Notes under the pieces: model-generated
The model's input: only the letters and a program-made list of their open reading frames with translations
What the model was told of the DNA's origin: nothing
The model's database searches: none
NCBI GenBank assembly: GCA_946407375.1
Contig: CAMJNS010000005.1
Coordinates: 1 to 61,456, forward strand
Reading direction: 5' to 3'
DNA from: an uncultured bacterium
GTDB taxonomy: Bacteria > Muiribacteriota > Ozemobacteria > Ozemobacterales > Ozemobacteraceae
Length of the DNA stretch: 61,456 nt
Program-made: the position numbers and the translations under genes
In this document: piece after piece, positions 9,033 through 18,355 of the stretch
Position numbering within the stretch: the first letter of the stretch is position 1
Layout: each line of letters starts with the position of its first letter

Positions 9033-10046
9033 ATGGATATTTGGCAATTCTGGCTGAGCATAGGTATTATCTTTGCATTGTTAGGTGTTATTATTGCTAT
9101 TTTGATTAGAAAGCACAAAGATAAACATAAAATTGCTGCTCTGCATAAGAATATAGAAGACTTAGAAAAAAGCTTCTTGCATTTACAGGAAAACATGGAA
9201 ATAGCAACTAACCAATATCTTAATGCGATGGAAGTTAAGTGTGAAAGCATGAGAGAACTTTTGTCTATTGCAGATAAAAAGTGTCTATATGCAGGAGACT
9301 TAATTAATGCTATAGATAAAGGCGTAGAGATTCTTAAAGAACGCAATCTATCTGGTGGTGTCTCTGTTACACCTTCTTCTAATGTTGATGAAAAGGTTAT
9401 CGCAGCTCTAAGAAAAGAATTTTCAACGGTAATAGATGAGTTAAAAAATGAAATTAATTCATTAAACCGACATTTAGGTTTTCTAAATAAACGAGTTGAA
9501 GAATTAGAACTCAACTTAACTAACGAATCTTCAAAACAAACAGATTTTGATGAAAATATGAAATCATCTATTACTAAAGAGATTGCTGATATTAGAAAAG
9601 AAATAAGTAATATAAGTTTTTCTATTTCTGAAATGGTTACAAAAGAAATATCTAGTCAATTAGAGGGCTTAGATACTGGTTTTGCCGAAATAGCCAACCA
9701 AGCTATAGAATTAGATGAAAAAGATTTGAATTCTTTGAATTCTGAGCCTGCTAGTGGCGTAAAAGGGAAGATAACTGAGTTATTCCCAAAAATCATAGAT
9801 TCACCTGTTTCAACTCATAATCGTAAAACAAAATCTTTGACAGATGTTAACAAAGAAGATATAAAGATGTTTTTGCCTAAAGGCAAAGAACTTGTTGTTA
9901 AAGAAATATTGGAAAAATATGAACAAGGAACCTCTATTCCTCAGATAGCTTCTGAATTAAATATGAGCCGTGGCGAAATAGATTTGATAATTAAAATGAA
10001 CGAAAATATCGCTTCCGTTGATAAAGTAGGTAATTATGGCAATTAG
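9033..10046 (+). CDS. Membrane-anchored coiled-coil protein with a C-terminal HTH-like segment
   Basis: 337-aa ORF. N-terminal TM segment FWLSIGIIFALLGVIIAILI. The C-terminus ILEKYEQGTSIPQIASELNMSRGEIDLIIKMNE looks like a helix-turn-helix. Confidence 0.55.
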   Translation: MDIWQFWLSIGIIFALLGVIIAILIRKHKDKHKIAALHKNIEDLEKSFLHLQENMEIATNQYLNAMEVKCESMRELLSIADKKCLYAGDLINAIDKGVEILKERNLSGGVSVTPSSNVDEKVIAALRKEFSTVIDELKNEINSLNRHLGFLNKRVEELELNLTNESSKQTDFDENMKSSITKEIADIRKEISNISFSISEMVTKEISSQLEGLDTGFAEIANQAIELDEKDLNSLNSEPASGVKGKITELFPKIIDSPVSTHNRKTKSLTDVNKEDIKMFLPKGKELVVKEILEKYEQGTSIPQIASELNMSRGEIDLIIKMNENIASVDKVGNYGN

Positions 10047-11154
10047 AAATCTTTCTTCTACTACGAAAAATATCCTTATTTTTATAGGTTTTGCTATATT
10101 TGCTTTTCTAATCTATTATCTTTATAACGTTATAGCTCCATTTTTAGTTTCCTTAGTTATAGCTTATATTCTTAATCCAGTAGTTCAATTTCTTACCAAG
10201 AAAAGATTTTCTAGAAATTGGGCTGTTGCAATGATTTTTATATTTGGAATAAGTATTTTTATACTAATAGTAGTTCCGGTAATGTTTTCAATGATAAAAC
10301 AAGCTACTGATATGGGATTGAAGATAAAAAATCTTGATACAACAAGAATTAATACTCAATACAATAGTCTTCAAACAGTTGTTAAAGATAAATTAAAATT
10401 ATGGTTTCCTGATTATAAAGATAATTTGTCTGATATTTTGCAAAACACTAAATTTCAAGAATATTTAACTGAAGCTATTGTAGCTTTTAAAGATGGTTTG
10501 ATTATCGTATCTGGTAAGTTATTTGGATTTTTAGGAAATACCTTTTCTGGTGTATTTAATTTGTTTTTTATTCCAATACTTGTTTTTTATATTTTACTTG
10601 ATTTAGACAATATTTATGATGGTTTCAAGAAACTGATACCACCAAATTCCAGAGAAAAAACTCTTGAAATACTGAATAAGATAGATAAGCAGCTTAGTGC
10701 AATGCTTCGTGGGCAATGTATTGAAAACCTGATTTTTGCATTGTTAATAACTTTAGGTTTTGCAATATCTGGTTTAAAAGCAAGTTTGTTTTTAGGTCCA
10801 CTGTCTGGCATTGCTAATTTTATACCTTATCTAGGTGGTGTCTTCTCCGCTATACTTGCATTTTTCGCTGCAATTACTCAGTCTGATGCAGGTATTGGTT
10901 TGTGGGTTGGTATTATTGCAACTATATCAGTTGTTCAATTTATAGATTGTTGGTATTTGCAGCCATATGTAGTAGGGGAAAATGCGGGTTTAAGTCCTTT
11001 GACAATTATGCTTGCTCTTACTATTGCAGGAAGTCTTGCTGGTATAGTTGGAATGTTGTTAGCAGTGCCTGTTACTGTTATATTAAAAGTATTGGGCATA
11101 GAACTATATCATGCATTATATGATCAAGAGCCAAGCTCTATTATAACCGTTTAG
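10036..11154 (+). CDS. AI-2E family transporter (PerM/UPF0118)
   Basis: 372-aa polytopic ORF with architecture and motifs (..IPYLGGVFSAILAF.., ..QFIDCWYLQPYVVG..) typical of UPF0118. It overlaps the upstream gene by 11 nt. Confidence 0.8.
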   Translation: MAIRNLSSTTKNILIFIGFAIFAFLIYYLYNVIAPFLVSLVIAYILNPVVQFLTKKRFSRNWAVAMIFIFGISIFILIVVPVMFSMIKQATDMGLKIKNLDTTRINTQYNSLQTVVKDKLKLWFPDYKDNLSDILQNTKFQEYLTEAIVAFKDGLIIVSGKLFGFLGNTFSGVFNLFFIPILVFYILLDLDNIYDGFKKLIPPNSREKTLEILNKIDKQLSAMLRGQCIENLIFALLITLGFAISGLKASLFLGPLSGIANFIPYLGGVFSAILAFFAAITQSDAGIGLWVGIIATISVVQFIDCWYLQPYVVGENAGLSPLTIMLALTIAGSLAGIVGMLLAVPVTVILKVLGIELYHALYDQEPSSIITV

Positions 11155-11210
11155 GAGTGCTTCATAAAAGTATATCATCGCGAACAATAATGATCAGGAG
11201 CCTTTAAAAG

Positions 11211-12209
11211 ATGTCAAATAGCGATTATGCAATAAAAGTTACAGCTTTACATAAAATGTTTGGTGATAAAACAGTACTGGATTATCTGAATTTTAGTGTT
11301 CCAAAAAATGCTATAGCTGGATTTCTAGGTCCTAATGGAGCTGGGAAAACAACAACCCTTAGAATGATGCTTGGACTTCTTCCTACACCTAGAGATAAAA
11401 TAGAACTTTTAGGACACAAATTGCCAGGAGACAGGACTTCTGCTTTGGAAAGAATTGGGGCAGTAGTTGAAAACCCAAGTTTTATAGACACTTTATCTGC
11501 TTATGAAAACCTTAAGTGGTTTGGTTCCCTTTATAAGCCAGTTAATTATTCTAGAATACACGAAGTAATTGATATGGTTGGTCTAAAAGAAGCTACTAAT
11601 CAAAATTTCGGAACATTTTCTACTGGTATGAAACAACGATTGGGAGTAGCTTTCAGCCTTTTGCATAAACCTGAATTATTAATATTAGATGAACCTACAA
11701 GCGGAATGGATCCTGTTGGAAGAGTTCAAATGAGAGAAATACTTCTGAACATTCATGAAAAAGAGAAAACTTCTATTTTTCTTTCTAGTCATTTGCTTGA
11801 CGAAGTTCAGAAGCTTTGTAACTACGTTGTAATAATAAACAAAGGTAGGAGATTAACGGAAGGGTATGTTTCTGATATACTTTCTTCAAATGAAGAACAT
11901 TATGAAATAAGGGTTTCTGATGATTCTATTGAGAGAACTAAAAATATACTAGAAGCCGCTCAAAATATTGTTAAATCAATAACTCTTGCCCCGAGAGGCT
12001 TTGTTGTTGATTTAGAAAATGATACCTCTCACTTGGTTAATGAAATATTGGTTAAAGCTGGAATAAAAGTTCAGGCTTTGATTCCGTTGGAACAATCATT
12101 GGAAGAAACATTTATGAAGCTTACAAATAAAGGTTCAAATACTTTTGTTTCTTCAACTGAAACTACTCAAACTACTAAAGAAAAAGAATCAAAGGAGGGG
12201 GAAAAATAA
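11211..12209 (+). CDS. ABC transporter ATP-binding protein (ABC-2 type)
   Basis: Walker A GPNGAGKTT, signature FSTGMKQRL, Walker B LLILDEPTSGMD, H-loop SSHLL. Confidence 0.9.
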   Translation: MSNSDYAIKVTALHKMFGDKTVLDYLNFSVPKNAIAGFLGPNGAGKTTTLRMMLGLLPTPRDKIELLGHKLPGDRTSALERIGAVVENPSFIDTLSAYENLKWFGSLYKPVNYSRIHEVIDMVGLKEATNQNFGTFSTGMKQRLGVAFSLLHKPELLILDEPTSGMDPVGRVQMREILLNIHEKEKTSIFLSSHLLDEVQKLCNYVVIINKGRRLTEGYVSDILSSNEEHYEIRVSDDSIERTKNILEAAQNIVKSITLAPRGFVVDLENDTSHLVNEILVKAGIKVQALIPLEQSLEETFMKLTNKGSNTFVSSTETTQTTKEKESKEGEK

Positions 12210-12211
12210 CC

Positions 12212-13105
12212 ATGTTAAGATTATGGAATTTGATTCTTTTTGAACTAAGAAAGATATTAAATAATAAAAAAGCTTTTTTGTTCTTAATAGTATTAAATAT
12301 CACTCCTATAATTGCTAGTTTGGCTTTGTTAATAGCTTATATAAGCTGTAAAAGCTTAGGCTTAGGTGATTTTCAGTTTTTAGCTATGAAGAGAATTATA
12401 CAGGCGATGTTTACTAGCCATTTTACTATATTTGGTTACACTGCTCCATTTTTCTTGGCTCTAATAGTTGGCGATAGCTTTTCAACAGAATTTGGTCGTG
12501 GATATATGAAAACCCTTCTTTTAACTCCTGTTAGAAGATGGCAAGTTATAGTAGCAAAGACTTCTTCTATTATAATATTTTTATTGATAGCTGTTTTGCT
12601 TGGTGGATTTATTTTGCAAGCAGATTTGTTTATTGCTCGAGCAATAACTCAGCCTTCAGGAGTGTTGCCTAATCCGCTCCAAGAAAAATTAATGGATACT
12701 TCCATTTCTATGGTTTCAGTTTCTTCAGCTTTTCAGCTTTTAGTAATTACTTTTGTTGCTAATTTAATGATGATTGGCTTTTTCATTGTTTTTTCTATGT
12801 TTTTTGAATCAGCCATATTGATGACTTTTTGTTCTATAGGTAGCGTTATGGCGATACATGTTTTTTATCTTTCTGCTTTTATGCTGAAAGAATTGGTAAA
12901 ATGGTTCGGACCTTTAGAAAAATTATGTTTTACTAGGCATTTTACTGATTTGTTTTCTTTAAATATTATTCAAAATGTTCTTGATGGTAGCGTTACCATA
13001 TTGTCTGAAAAGGTTTTGGAACCTATGGGCTTTTCATTGCTTTGGGCAGTCATTTTTTATGTTTTGGCTGTAATTATATTCTCTAGAAAACAGGTTTTGC
13101 ATTGA
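12212..13105 (+). CDS. ABC-2 type transporter permease
   Basis: 297-aa polytopic ORF that starts 2 nt after the ATPase stop codon. Confidence 0.7.
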   Translation: MLRLWNLILFELRKILNNKKAFLFLIVLNITPIIASLALLIAYISCKSLGLGDFQFLAMKRIIQAMFTSHFTIFGYTAPFFLALIVGDSFSTEFGRGYMKTLLLTPVRRWQVIVAKTSSIIIFLLIAVLLGGFILQADLFIARAITQPSGVLPNPLQEKLMDTSISMVSVSSAFQLLVITFVANLMMIGFFIVFSMFFESAILMTFCSIGSVMAIHVFYLSAFMLKELVKWFGPLEKLCFTRHFTDLFSLNIIQNVLDGSVTILSEKVLEPMGFSLLWAVIFYVLAVIIFSRKQVLH

Positions 13106-13114
13106 CTTTTCTTA

Positions 13115-13164
13115 TAAGCTCCCCCACTTGGGGGAGCTGTCAGTTTTAGCTGACTGAGGGGGTC
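13115..13164. repeat. GC-rich hairpin module pair directly after the ABC permease stop
   Basis: AGCTCCCCC-ACTT-GGGGGAGCT, then GTCAG-TTTTAG-CTGAC, then TGAGGGGGTC. Confidence 0.7.
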
Positions 13165-13292
13165 TTTATTCGAGAATTCATTATTTAATTAACTCTTTTT
13201 CTTAATGTTTCCGATAATAAAAAGTAGTAGCGCAAACAAAGATAAACATACAAAAACATAAAAAAACAAATGCTACTATTCGGAGGCAAACA

Positions 13293-14027
13293 ATGCGTAG
13301 ACATATTTATTTACTAGCAGCTTTATTAGGAATGCAGCTTGCTATAGCTCCAGCTTCATCAGCTAAATCTCTTGAACCCGTTAAAGGTCGTGTAGGCCTT
13401 GGTTATACAGAAAGCACTGGTAATACTGATGAAAGTAAAATGAACTTCACTTTGAATCTGACTCAGAAGCGATCAGAACAATTAAAGTTCGGTTATGATG
13501 CTCTAGCAATATATGGTAAATCTGATGGTCAAAAGAATGCAGATAAGAAACAGTTGAAATTCTCTAGTGAATTTATAAAGAACGAAAAATTCTCTTGGTA
13601 TGCAAATTTAGGCTATATGGAAGATGAATTTGCTGGTTATAAAGAACAGTATAAATTAGGGCTTGGTGCTATTAATTATTTTATTAAAGGTGAAGAAACC
13701 GTATTTTCTTGCTCCCTCGGTCTTGATTTCACAAAAGAAGAATATACTGATAATACTAAAGATGATGAAACTTGGTTAAGATTTGGTTTAGATGGCAAAA
13801 GAAAAGTTGCCGATAACGTAAGATTTGCAGGTCATTTCGGATTTTTGGCACCAAAAGATGATACTGATGAATGTTACAGAACAGAAACTGCTGTAGGCCT
13901 AATCTTCACTATCAATGAAAAGATTGACGCCGAAATGAAATACATTATTGATTATAACAAAGCTCCTGTTGATGCCAAGGAAAAATACGACAGAACCTTT
14001 ATTACAAGCATTTCTTATAAGATTTAA
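13293..14027 (+). CDS. DUF481-family outer-membrane beta-barrel protein (YdiY-like)
   Basis: Signal peptide MRRHIYLLAALLGMQLAIAPASSA. GLGYTESTGNTDES motif and an alternating beta-strand pattern. Confidence 0.65.
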   Translation: MRRHIYLLAALLGMQLAIAPASSAKSLEPVKGRVGLGYTESTGNTDESKMNFTLNLTQKRSEQLKFGYDALAIYGKSDGQKNADKKQLKFSSEFIKNEKFSWYANLGYMEDEFAGYKEQYKLGLGAINYFIKGEETVFSCSLGLDFTKEEYTDNTKDDETWLRFGLDGKRKVADNVRFAGHFGFLAPKDDTDECYRTETAVGLIFTINEKIDAEMKYIIDYNKAPVDAKEKYDRTFITSISYKI

Positions 14028-14042
14028 TAACCTTTTTAAAAG

Positions 14043-14078
14043 ATGCTCCCTCAAAGGTAAAGCTCTTCGGGGGAGCAA
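14043..14078. repeat. GC-rich hairpin module (inverted orientation) after the DUF481 gene
   Basis: The reverse complement reads GCTCCCCCGAAGAGCTTTACCTTTGAGGGAGCATCT. Compare 19015-19040, GCTCCCCCGCAAGCGTGGGAGCATCT. Confidence 0.65.
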
Positions 14079-14108
14079 ATATTTTCTTTATCTGTTAGTT
14101 ATTAACAA

Positions 14109-14144
14109 TTACCACCCATCACCAACCACCAACCACTAACCATA
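14109..14144. repeat. Heptamer-type tandem repeat (STRR-like)
   Basis: TTACCACCCATCACCAACCACCAACCACTAACCATA. Confidence 0.6.
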
Positions 14145-14160
14145 AAGATGTGTTAGCCTC

Positions 14161-14194
14161 TTAATTGCTCATTCCTAATTCCTAATTCCTAATT
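14161..14194. repeat. Heptamer tandem repeat (ATTCCTA unit), abutting the stop of the GLUG protein gene
   Basis: CATTCCTAATTCCTAATTCCTAATTA. Confidence 0.7.
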
Positions 14195-16421
14195 ATCTAA
14201 AGTAGTCTGGGTTAGCTATCGAAGGCATACCTCTTAATTGAGGCAAATTATAGCCAGAGTTAAATACCCAAGAATTAAGATTAAATCCAACTTTTTTGTT
14301 TACTGTCCAGAATTTATTTCTTGTCTTTGAACCATAGAAAGAACCTTTGCTTATACTTTCGCCATTTCTTCCTTCTTTGGTTGCTTCGTTAGCTCCAAAA
14401 CCACCTTCTGAAAGATATTTATTGTTTCTATCTCTAATGTATTCCCAGGCAAAGCATCTTATAAAACTGCTACTTTTGGCTTTTCCTGCTAATCTTCCCT
14501 GATTTTCGCCTTCAATACGACTATTTAAAGCTATACAGCCTTTTGTTTCACAGTTGTTCATATAGCCCGCAAGACCACCTGCATAACCTGTTCTTCCTGC
14601 TTTAAGACTTCCAGTACAATAACAATTCTGGATTTTTACACGTTCGCCTTGAGCTACTAACCCTCCAATAGAACAATCATTTCCAGATGAAAGAATACTG
14701 GTATTAGTGTGACTGTCTGTGATTGTGGTATCTTCAGCATAACCAATTAACCCACCAACAGTGGTATTTGCAACGCTCATATTTGTTGAAAAATCAGATA
14801 TGCTCTTCCTAATAGAAGTATTATTAACAGAATAGCCTACAAGACCACCTATATAATTGTTGGCTTGTATAACACCAGATGAATAACATTGGAAAACTCT
14901 AGCATTGGAGCAGTAACCTGCAAGAGCTCCAGCATAATTGTCACATATAATTCCACTAGGAGCTAGTTCAATTTTTAGATTCTTAACAGAACCATTTTTA
15001 ATACAACCAAACAACCCTTGGTAATTTTCGTTAGGTTCATTAATAGAAAGGTTTCTAATACTTTTTGAGTTGCCGTCAAAAGAGCCATTGAAGGGTTCTT
15101 CGTTATCTCCTAAAGCAAGCCAGTTTCCATCTTGATAACTTCTTAAATCTAAATCACAGCCCAATCTGAAAAATCGGCGTTTGTAATCTCTGATTTTATC
15201 AAGCTGCTTTACGCTTGTTATAATATATGGATTGCTTGAAGTTCCCTTTCCACCAGAAAAAGGTGAGTTGTAATTGTCTTCAGGAAAAGCAATATAAACA
15301 AGCTGATCTTCAGTTGAATAACATATACCTTCTTCATCATAACAAGTGGCTCTAAATATTAGAGCATTTGGAATATCTTCGATGTTAGTATTTTCAAATC
15401 CTATCCAAGTAACATAGCTAATAGAACTGTTGTCATAATAATGTTCAAAATTACTTAAATCGACTTTACAGAAAGAATAATTGCCTGCAGGAGTAAATGG
15501 AAGACTTTGAATTAATACTTTTTCCTGATCTATGTTTTTATATATATTTATTGATACAGAAGTTTGTGGCTGTATAATCGTTAGGGTCTGAGATGTAAAA
15601 CTAGAAGTTCTTCTAGTTTCAGGAAAAATATGGGCAGAAACTGCAAAGCCATCATTGTCTGATAGTGTGGCGTAATATGGATTAGATGGTTGGTTTTGTG
15701 AGTTTAAGGCACAAGAAAGCATAAAACTTTTTACATAGTTTCTGCTGTGACTGGTATCTGCTATTAAAGCTACTTTGTCGTAAATTGCACAAGAATTTAC
15801 TTCACCAATTACCATTCCATAATTAAAAGTGGATTTTGCAGGAATAAAATATATCTCTGTTCCAAGTCTAGCAAGCATAAATAATCTGCTGTCGTTGGGT
15901 ACATTGCCTTTGGCCATAAGCACATATTTTATTGGAAGCCCTGAATATTGGTTCATTCCAGTAGTTTTGATTTCGTAAAGGTCTCCTACGGCTATAAATC
16001 TGTTGCTTTTACAATTTGTAAAAATTTCAGAAATAGCTTCGTTGAAGCCAAGCTGTTTAATTTCTATTGAACTTCCTTCGGCCATAGCTCCAGATTCTGC
16101 TGTTAGATTGATTCCATTTCTAGGAAGTTGCCCAAGATTCATATACATTGCATTTGAATTAAAATCTTGTCTTATTGGAGGTGGGGGGGGTGGGGGAGTT
16201 GGCGGAACAGGAGTTTGTGGTTGTTGTGGAATATGTTGAGTCGGTTGATAAGTTGATGGTTTGTTTGGTTGTTTGGAATGTTGTTGAGGATAGTGATTAG
16301 TTTGATTTGTTGGTCTTTGTGGCGGATAGGGATGATTCTGTGCGAAGACAACATTTGAAAAGATTAAAAGAGAATTAAATATAAGAAGAGTAGTTAAAAT
16401 ACGAAAATTTATGTTTTTCAT
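14193..16421 (-). CDS. Secreted surface protein with a Pro/Gln-rich linker and GLUG-motif repeats
   Basis: ORF track gives 14193..16604. The internal ATG at 16421 begins MKNINFRILTTLLIFNSLLIFSNVVFAQ (signal peptide). A P/Q-rich tract follows. The C-terminal half carries repeated GGLVGY / GGLIGY / GGLVAQ / GGLAGY motifs. Confidence 0.7.
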   Translation of the reverse strand: MKNINFRILTTLLIFNSLLIFSNVVFAQNHPYPPQRPTNQTNHYPQQHSKQPNKPSTYQPTQHIPQQPQTPVPPTPPPPPPPIRQDFNSNAMYMNLGQLPRNGINLTAESGAMAEGSSIEIKQLGFNEAISEIFTNCKSNRFIAVGDLYEIKTTGMNQYSGLPIKYVLMAKGNVPNDSRLFMLARLGTEIYFIPAKSTFNYGMVIGEVNSCAIYDKVALIADTSHSRNYVKSFMLSCALNSQNQPSNPYYATLSDNDGFAVSAHIFPETRRTSSFTSQTLTIIQPQTSVSINIYKNIDQEKVLIQSLPFTPAGNYSFCKVDLSNFEHYYDNSSISYVTWIGFENTNIEDIPNALIFRATCYDEEGICYSTEDQLVYIAFPEDNYNSPFSGGKGTSSNPYIITSVKQLDKIRDYKRRFFRLGCDLDLRSYQDGNWLALGDNEEPFNGSFDGNSKSIRNLSINEPNENYQGLFGCIKNGSVKNLKIELAPSGIICDNYAGALAGYCSNARVFQCYSSGVIQANNYIGGLVGYSVNNTSIRKSISDFSTNMSVANTTVGGLIGYAEDTTITDSHTNTSILSSGNDCSIGGLVAQGERVKIQNCYCTGSLKAGRTGYAGGLAGYMNNCETKGCIALNSRIEGENQGRLAGKAKSSSFIRCFAWEYIRDRNNKYLSEGGFGANEATKEGRNGESISKGSFYGSKTRNKFWTVNKKVGFNLNSWVFNSGYNLPQLRGMPSIANPDYFR

Positions 16422-16539
16422 TTGTTTACCTGCTTTGTTTGTTTTTTTTGCTATTCTAGCATAACTTGGAAAGTTATAATATATAAGATATAAAATATAA
16501 AATGTAGTGAATGTGTTCCTTAAATATCGACCTATTTTA

Positions 16540-16568
16540 TTGTCAAAATCGTACGATTTTATTATAAT
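16540..16568 (+). promoter_or_regulatory. Sigma-70-type promoter of the Phd/PIN operon, with a 16-bp perfect palindrome in the spacer
   Basis: TTGTCA (16540-45), a 17-nt spacer, then TATAAT (16563-68). AAAATCGTACGATTTT (16545-16560) is its own reverse complement. A second GTACGA half-site lies at about 16573. Confidence 0.65.
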
Positions 16569-16597
16569 AAAAGTACGAATATTCATAAGGAGTTTAT

Positions 16598-16813
16598 ATG
16601 CCAATTACAGCTACTGAATTAAAAACAAATCTCAGTAAATATTTATTGTTATCAGAAACAGAAGACGTGTTCATTACAAAAAATGGAAAGATTGTCTCTA
16701 AACTAACTAATCCATTTCAGGATAGAGTAAGTTTGGTAAATTCATTAGTAGGTATTATTCCAGATTCTCTTACTTTAGAAGAATCAAAAGAACAAAGACT
16801 CAAGAAAATATGA
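16598..16813 (+). CDS. Phd/YefM-type antitoxin
   Basis: 71-aa ORF MPITATELKTNLSKYL..FITKNGK. AAGGAG RBS upstream. Its stop overlaps the start of the PIN gene (ATGA). Confidence 0.75.
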   Translation: MPITATELKTNLSKYLLLSETEDVFITKNGKIVSKLTNPFQDRVSLVNSLVGIIPDSLTLEESKEQRLKKI

Positions 16814-17226
16814 AAGTACTTGTCGATACCTGTGTAATAATAGATCTTCTTCAAAAAAGAACTACTTTTTTCAACGATGCTTATACTATATTTTTAGGTA
16901 TAGCAAATTATCGATTTGAAGCTTTTATAACAGCAAAATCTGTTGCAGATATTTATTATTTAATGCATCATTTTTTTCATGATATTGGTAAAACCAGAAA
17001 AGAACTGGATAAGTTGTTTAAACTATTTAAAGTATTAGATACTACTGAGCTTGATTGTAAAAAAGCTTTACATTCTGCTTTATCTGATTATGAAGATGCT
17101 TTGATGGTTGAAACAGCTTTAAGATGTAAATTAGATTGTATTGTTACTCGTAATACCAAAGATTACTCAAAGGCTTTAATTCAAATATATTCTCCAAAAG
17201 AATTTGTTCAAAACTTCTTTCCTTAA
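16810..17226 (+). CDS. PIN-domain toxin (VapC-like)
   Basis: 138-aa ORF with MKVLVDTCVIIDLL (first acidic PIN residue) and ..DALMVETA..VTRNTKDY. It has a 4-nt overlap with the antitoxin. Confidence 0.8.
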   Translation: MKVLVDTCVIIDLLQKRTTFFNDAYTIFLGIANYRFEAFITAKSVADIYYLMHHFFHDIGKTRKELDKLFKLFKVLDTTELDCKKALHSALSDYEDALMVETALRCKLDCIVTRNTKDYSKALIQIYSPKEFVQNFFP

Positions 17227-17321
17227 TTATTCAGCAATTGCTCCCTAAAAGGAAGTAGTTAGGAGAGTTGTCACGAAGTGAGTGATAGATTTCTTGATTG
17301 TCTATAAAAAAATGAAATCTG

Positions 17322-17837
17322 ATGACTATTGAACTAGAAGATTTGATTATATATCCTTTAAATTCAGAAGAATTAGCTCTTTGGCTAAATGATATTTTTG
17401 CTTTAGAAAAACAGCTAAAATGCACTTATTCGGCTTTCCATTTAGATGGTTTGCTTGAAGATTATGCTTATTCTCAATTTATTTTAGGTTTGTCTGAACC
17501 TCAAGAAAATTGGTTATGGTTTACCTACTGGTTTATTATTAGAAAATCTGATAGAAGGGTAGTAGGAACCTTATGTTTTAAAGGAAAGCCAAATTTTGAT
17601 GGCGAAGTTGAAGTCGGTTATGCGCTTGGTAAAGAATTTGAACACAAGGGTTATATGACTAAGGCGTTAACCGCTATGATTAAATATGTTAAGAATCTTC
17701 CAAATGTAAAGCATATTATAGCTGAAACTAAAAAAGACAATTATGCTTCCCAAAACTTGCTAAAACGCTGTGGCTTTGAACAATACAAACAAACTGATTG
17801 TTCTGCTTGGTTCAGAATTAATTTAGTTGAAAGTTGA
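17322..17837 (+). CDS. GNAT-family N-acetyltransferase (RimJ/RimL-like)
   Basis: 171-aa ORF. EVGYALGKEFEHKGYMTKAL...NYASQNLLKRCGF matches the acetyl-CoA-binding GNAT core. Confidence 0.8.
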   Translation: MTIELEDLIIYPLNSEELALWLNDIFALEKQLKCTYSAFHLDGLLEDYAYSQFILGLSEPQENWLWFTYWFIIRKSDRRVVGTLCFKGKPNFDGEVEVGYALGKEFEHKGYMTKALTAMIKYVKNLPNVKHIIAETKKDNYASQNLLKRCGFEQYKQTDCSAWFRINLVES

Positions 17838-17841
17838 AAAA

Positions 17842-17890
17842 GTCGTCCTAAAGCCCTCCCTTGAGGGAGGGAATTAAAGGGAGGGTGACT
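17842..17890. repeat. GC-rich hairpin module after the GNAT gene
   Basis: GTCGTCCTAAAGCCCTCCC-TTGA-GGGAGGGAATTAAAGGGAGGG. Its reverse complement is related to 53789-53817 (CACCCCTTCTCAATGAGGGGCTTTAGGAC). Confidence 0.6.
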
Positions 17891-17924
17891 TAACCAGTAG
17901 TAAACTTTTGTTCCATAGCATAAC

Positions 17925-17991
17925 CGTCATCGCGAGCATACTAAGTATGCGTGGCGATCCAGTTAATTTTGGATTACTTCGCTATCGCTTG
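17925..17991. repeat. Family-B core fragment, directly abutting MITE-A copy 1
   Basis: CGTCATCGCGAGCATACTAAGTATGCGTGGCGATCCAGTTAATTTTGG...CGCTATCGCTTG is a B-core variant with a different loop. Confidence 0.65.
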
Positions 17992-18176
17992 CAGAGGCTG
18001 TGCGAAAACTTGAAATTCTCTAAAATAATAATATTCCTTTTTATGTAGTCTACACATTGTCATAAACGTATAGCTTTCAGAGCTAAAGCCCATACGCTAT
18101 ACTTTTTATGACAAATGTGTAGACAAATATCATAATCTAATTAGAACTTAAAAAACTAGTTTTAGCACAGCCTCTG
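17992..18176. mobile_element. MITE-like element, family A, copy 1 (complete)
   Basis: Terminal inverted repeats are CAGAGGCTGTGCGAAAACTTG (left) and CTAGTTTTAGCACAGCCTCTG (right). The ~80-nt imperfect palindromic core is GTAGTCTACACATTGTCATAAACGTATAGC...GCTATACTTTTTATGACAAATGTGTAGAC. It abuts the truncated antitoxin. Confidence 0.8.
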
Positions 18177-18182
18177 CGACCG

Positions 18183-18334
18183 AAGACATATATATAACTC
18201 GCAATGGAAAGATTATATCTAAGCTAACTAATCCTTTTCAAGATAGGGTAAAATTAGTGGAGTCTTTGGCGGGTATATTTCCAGATACAATTACCTTGGA
18301 AGAAGCAAAAAAGCAGAGACTTAGTAAAATATGA
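18183..18334 (+). pseudogene. 5'-truncated paralogue of the Phd/YefM antitoxin, followed by a PIN-toxin start remnant
   Basis: It translates to EDIYITRNGKIISKLTNPFQDRVKLVESLAGIFPDTITLEEAKKQRLSKI*. This is colinear with residues 22-71 of the 16598..16813 product (EDVFITKNGKIVSKLTNPFQDRVSLVNSLVGIIPDSLTLEESKEQRLKKI*). The N-terminal codons are replaced by the MITE that ends at 18176. The ATGA overlap is retained, and MKALYV... is a PIN remnant. Confidence 0.75.
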
Positions 18335-18355
18335 AGGCTCTATATGTCATAAGAA

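Noticed and set aside
16003-16239. A plus-strand ORF encoding a poly-Gly run (GGGGGGVGG).
   Set aside because: It is the antisense reading of the poly-Pro/C-tract region of the GLUG protein gene.
16422-16604. The 61-codon N-terminal extension of the GLUG protein ORF (the track gives 14193..16604).
   Set aside because: The extension runs through the AT-rich divergent promoter region of the Phd/PIN module and has no signal-peptide logic. The internal ATG at 16421 yields a textbook signal peptide, so I call 14193..16421.
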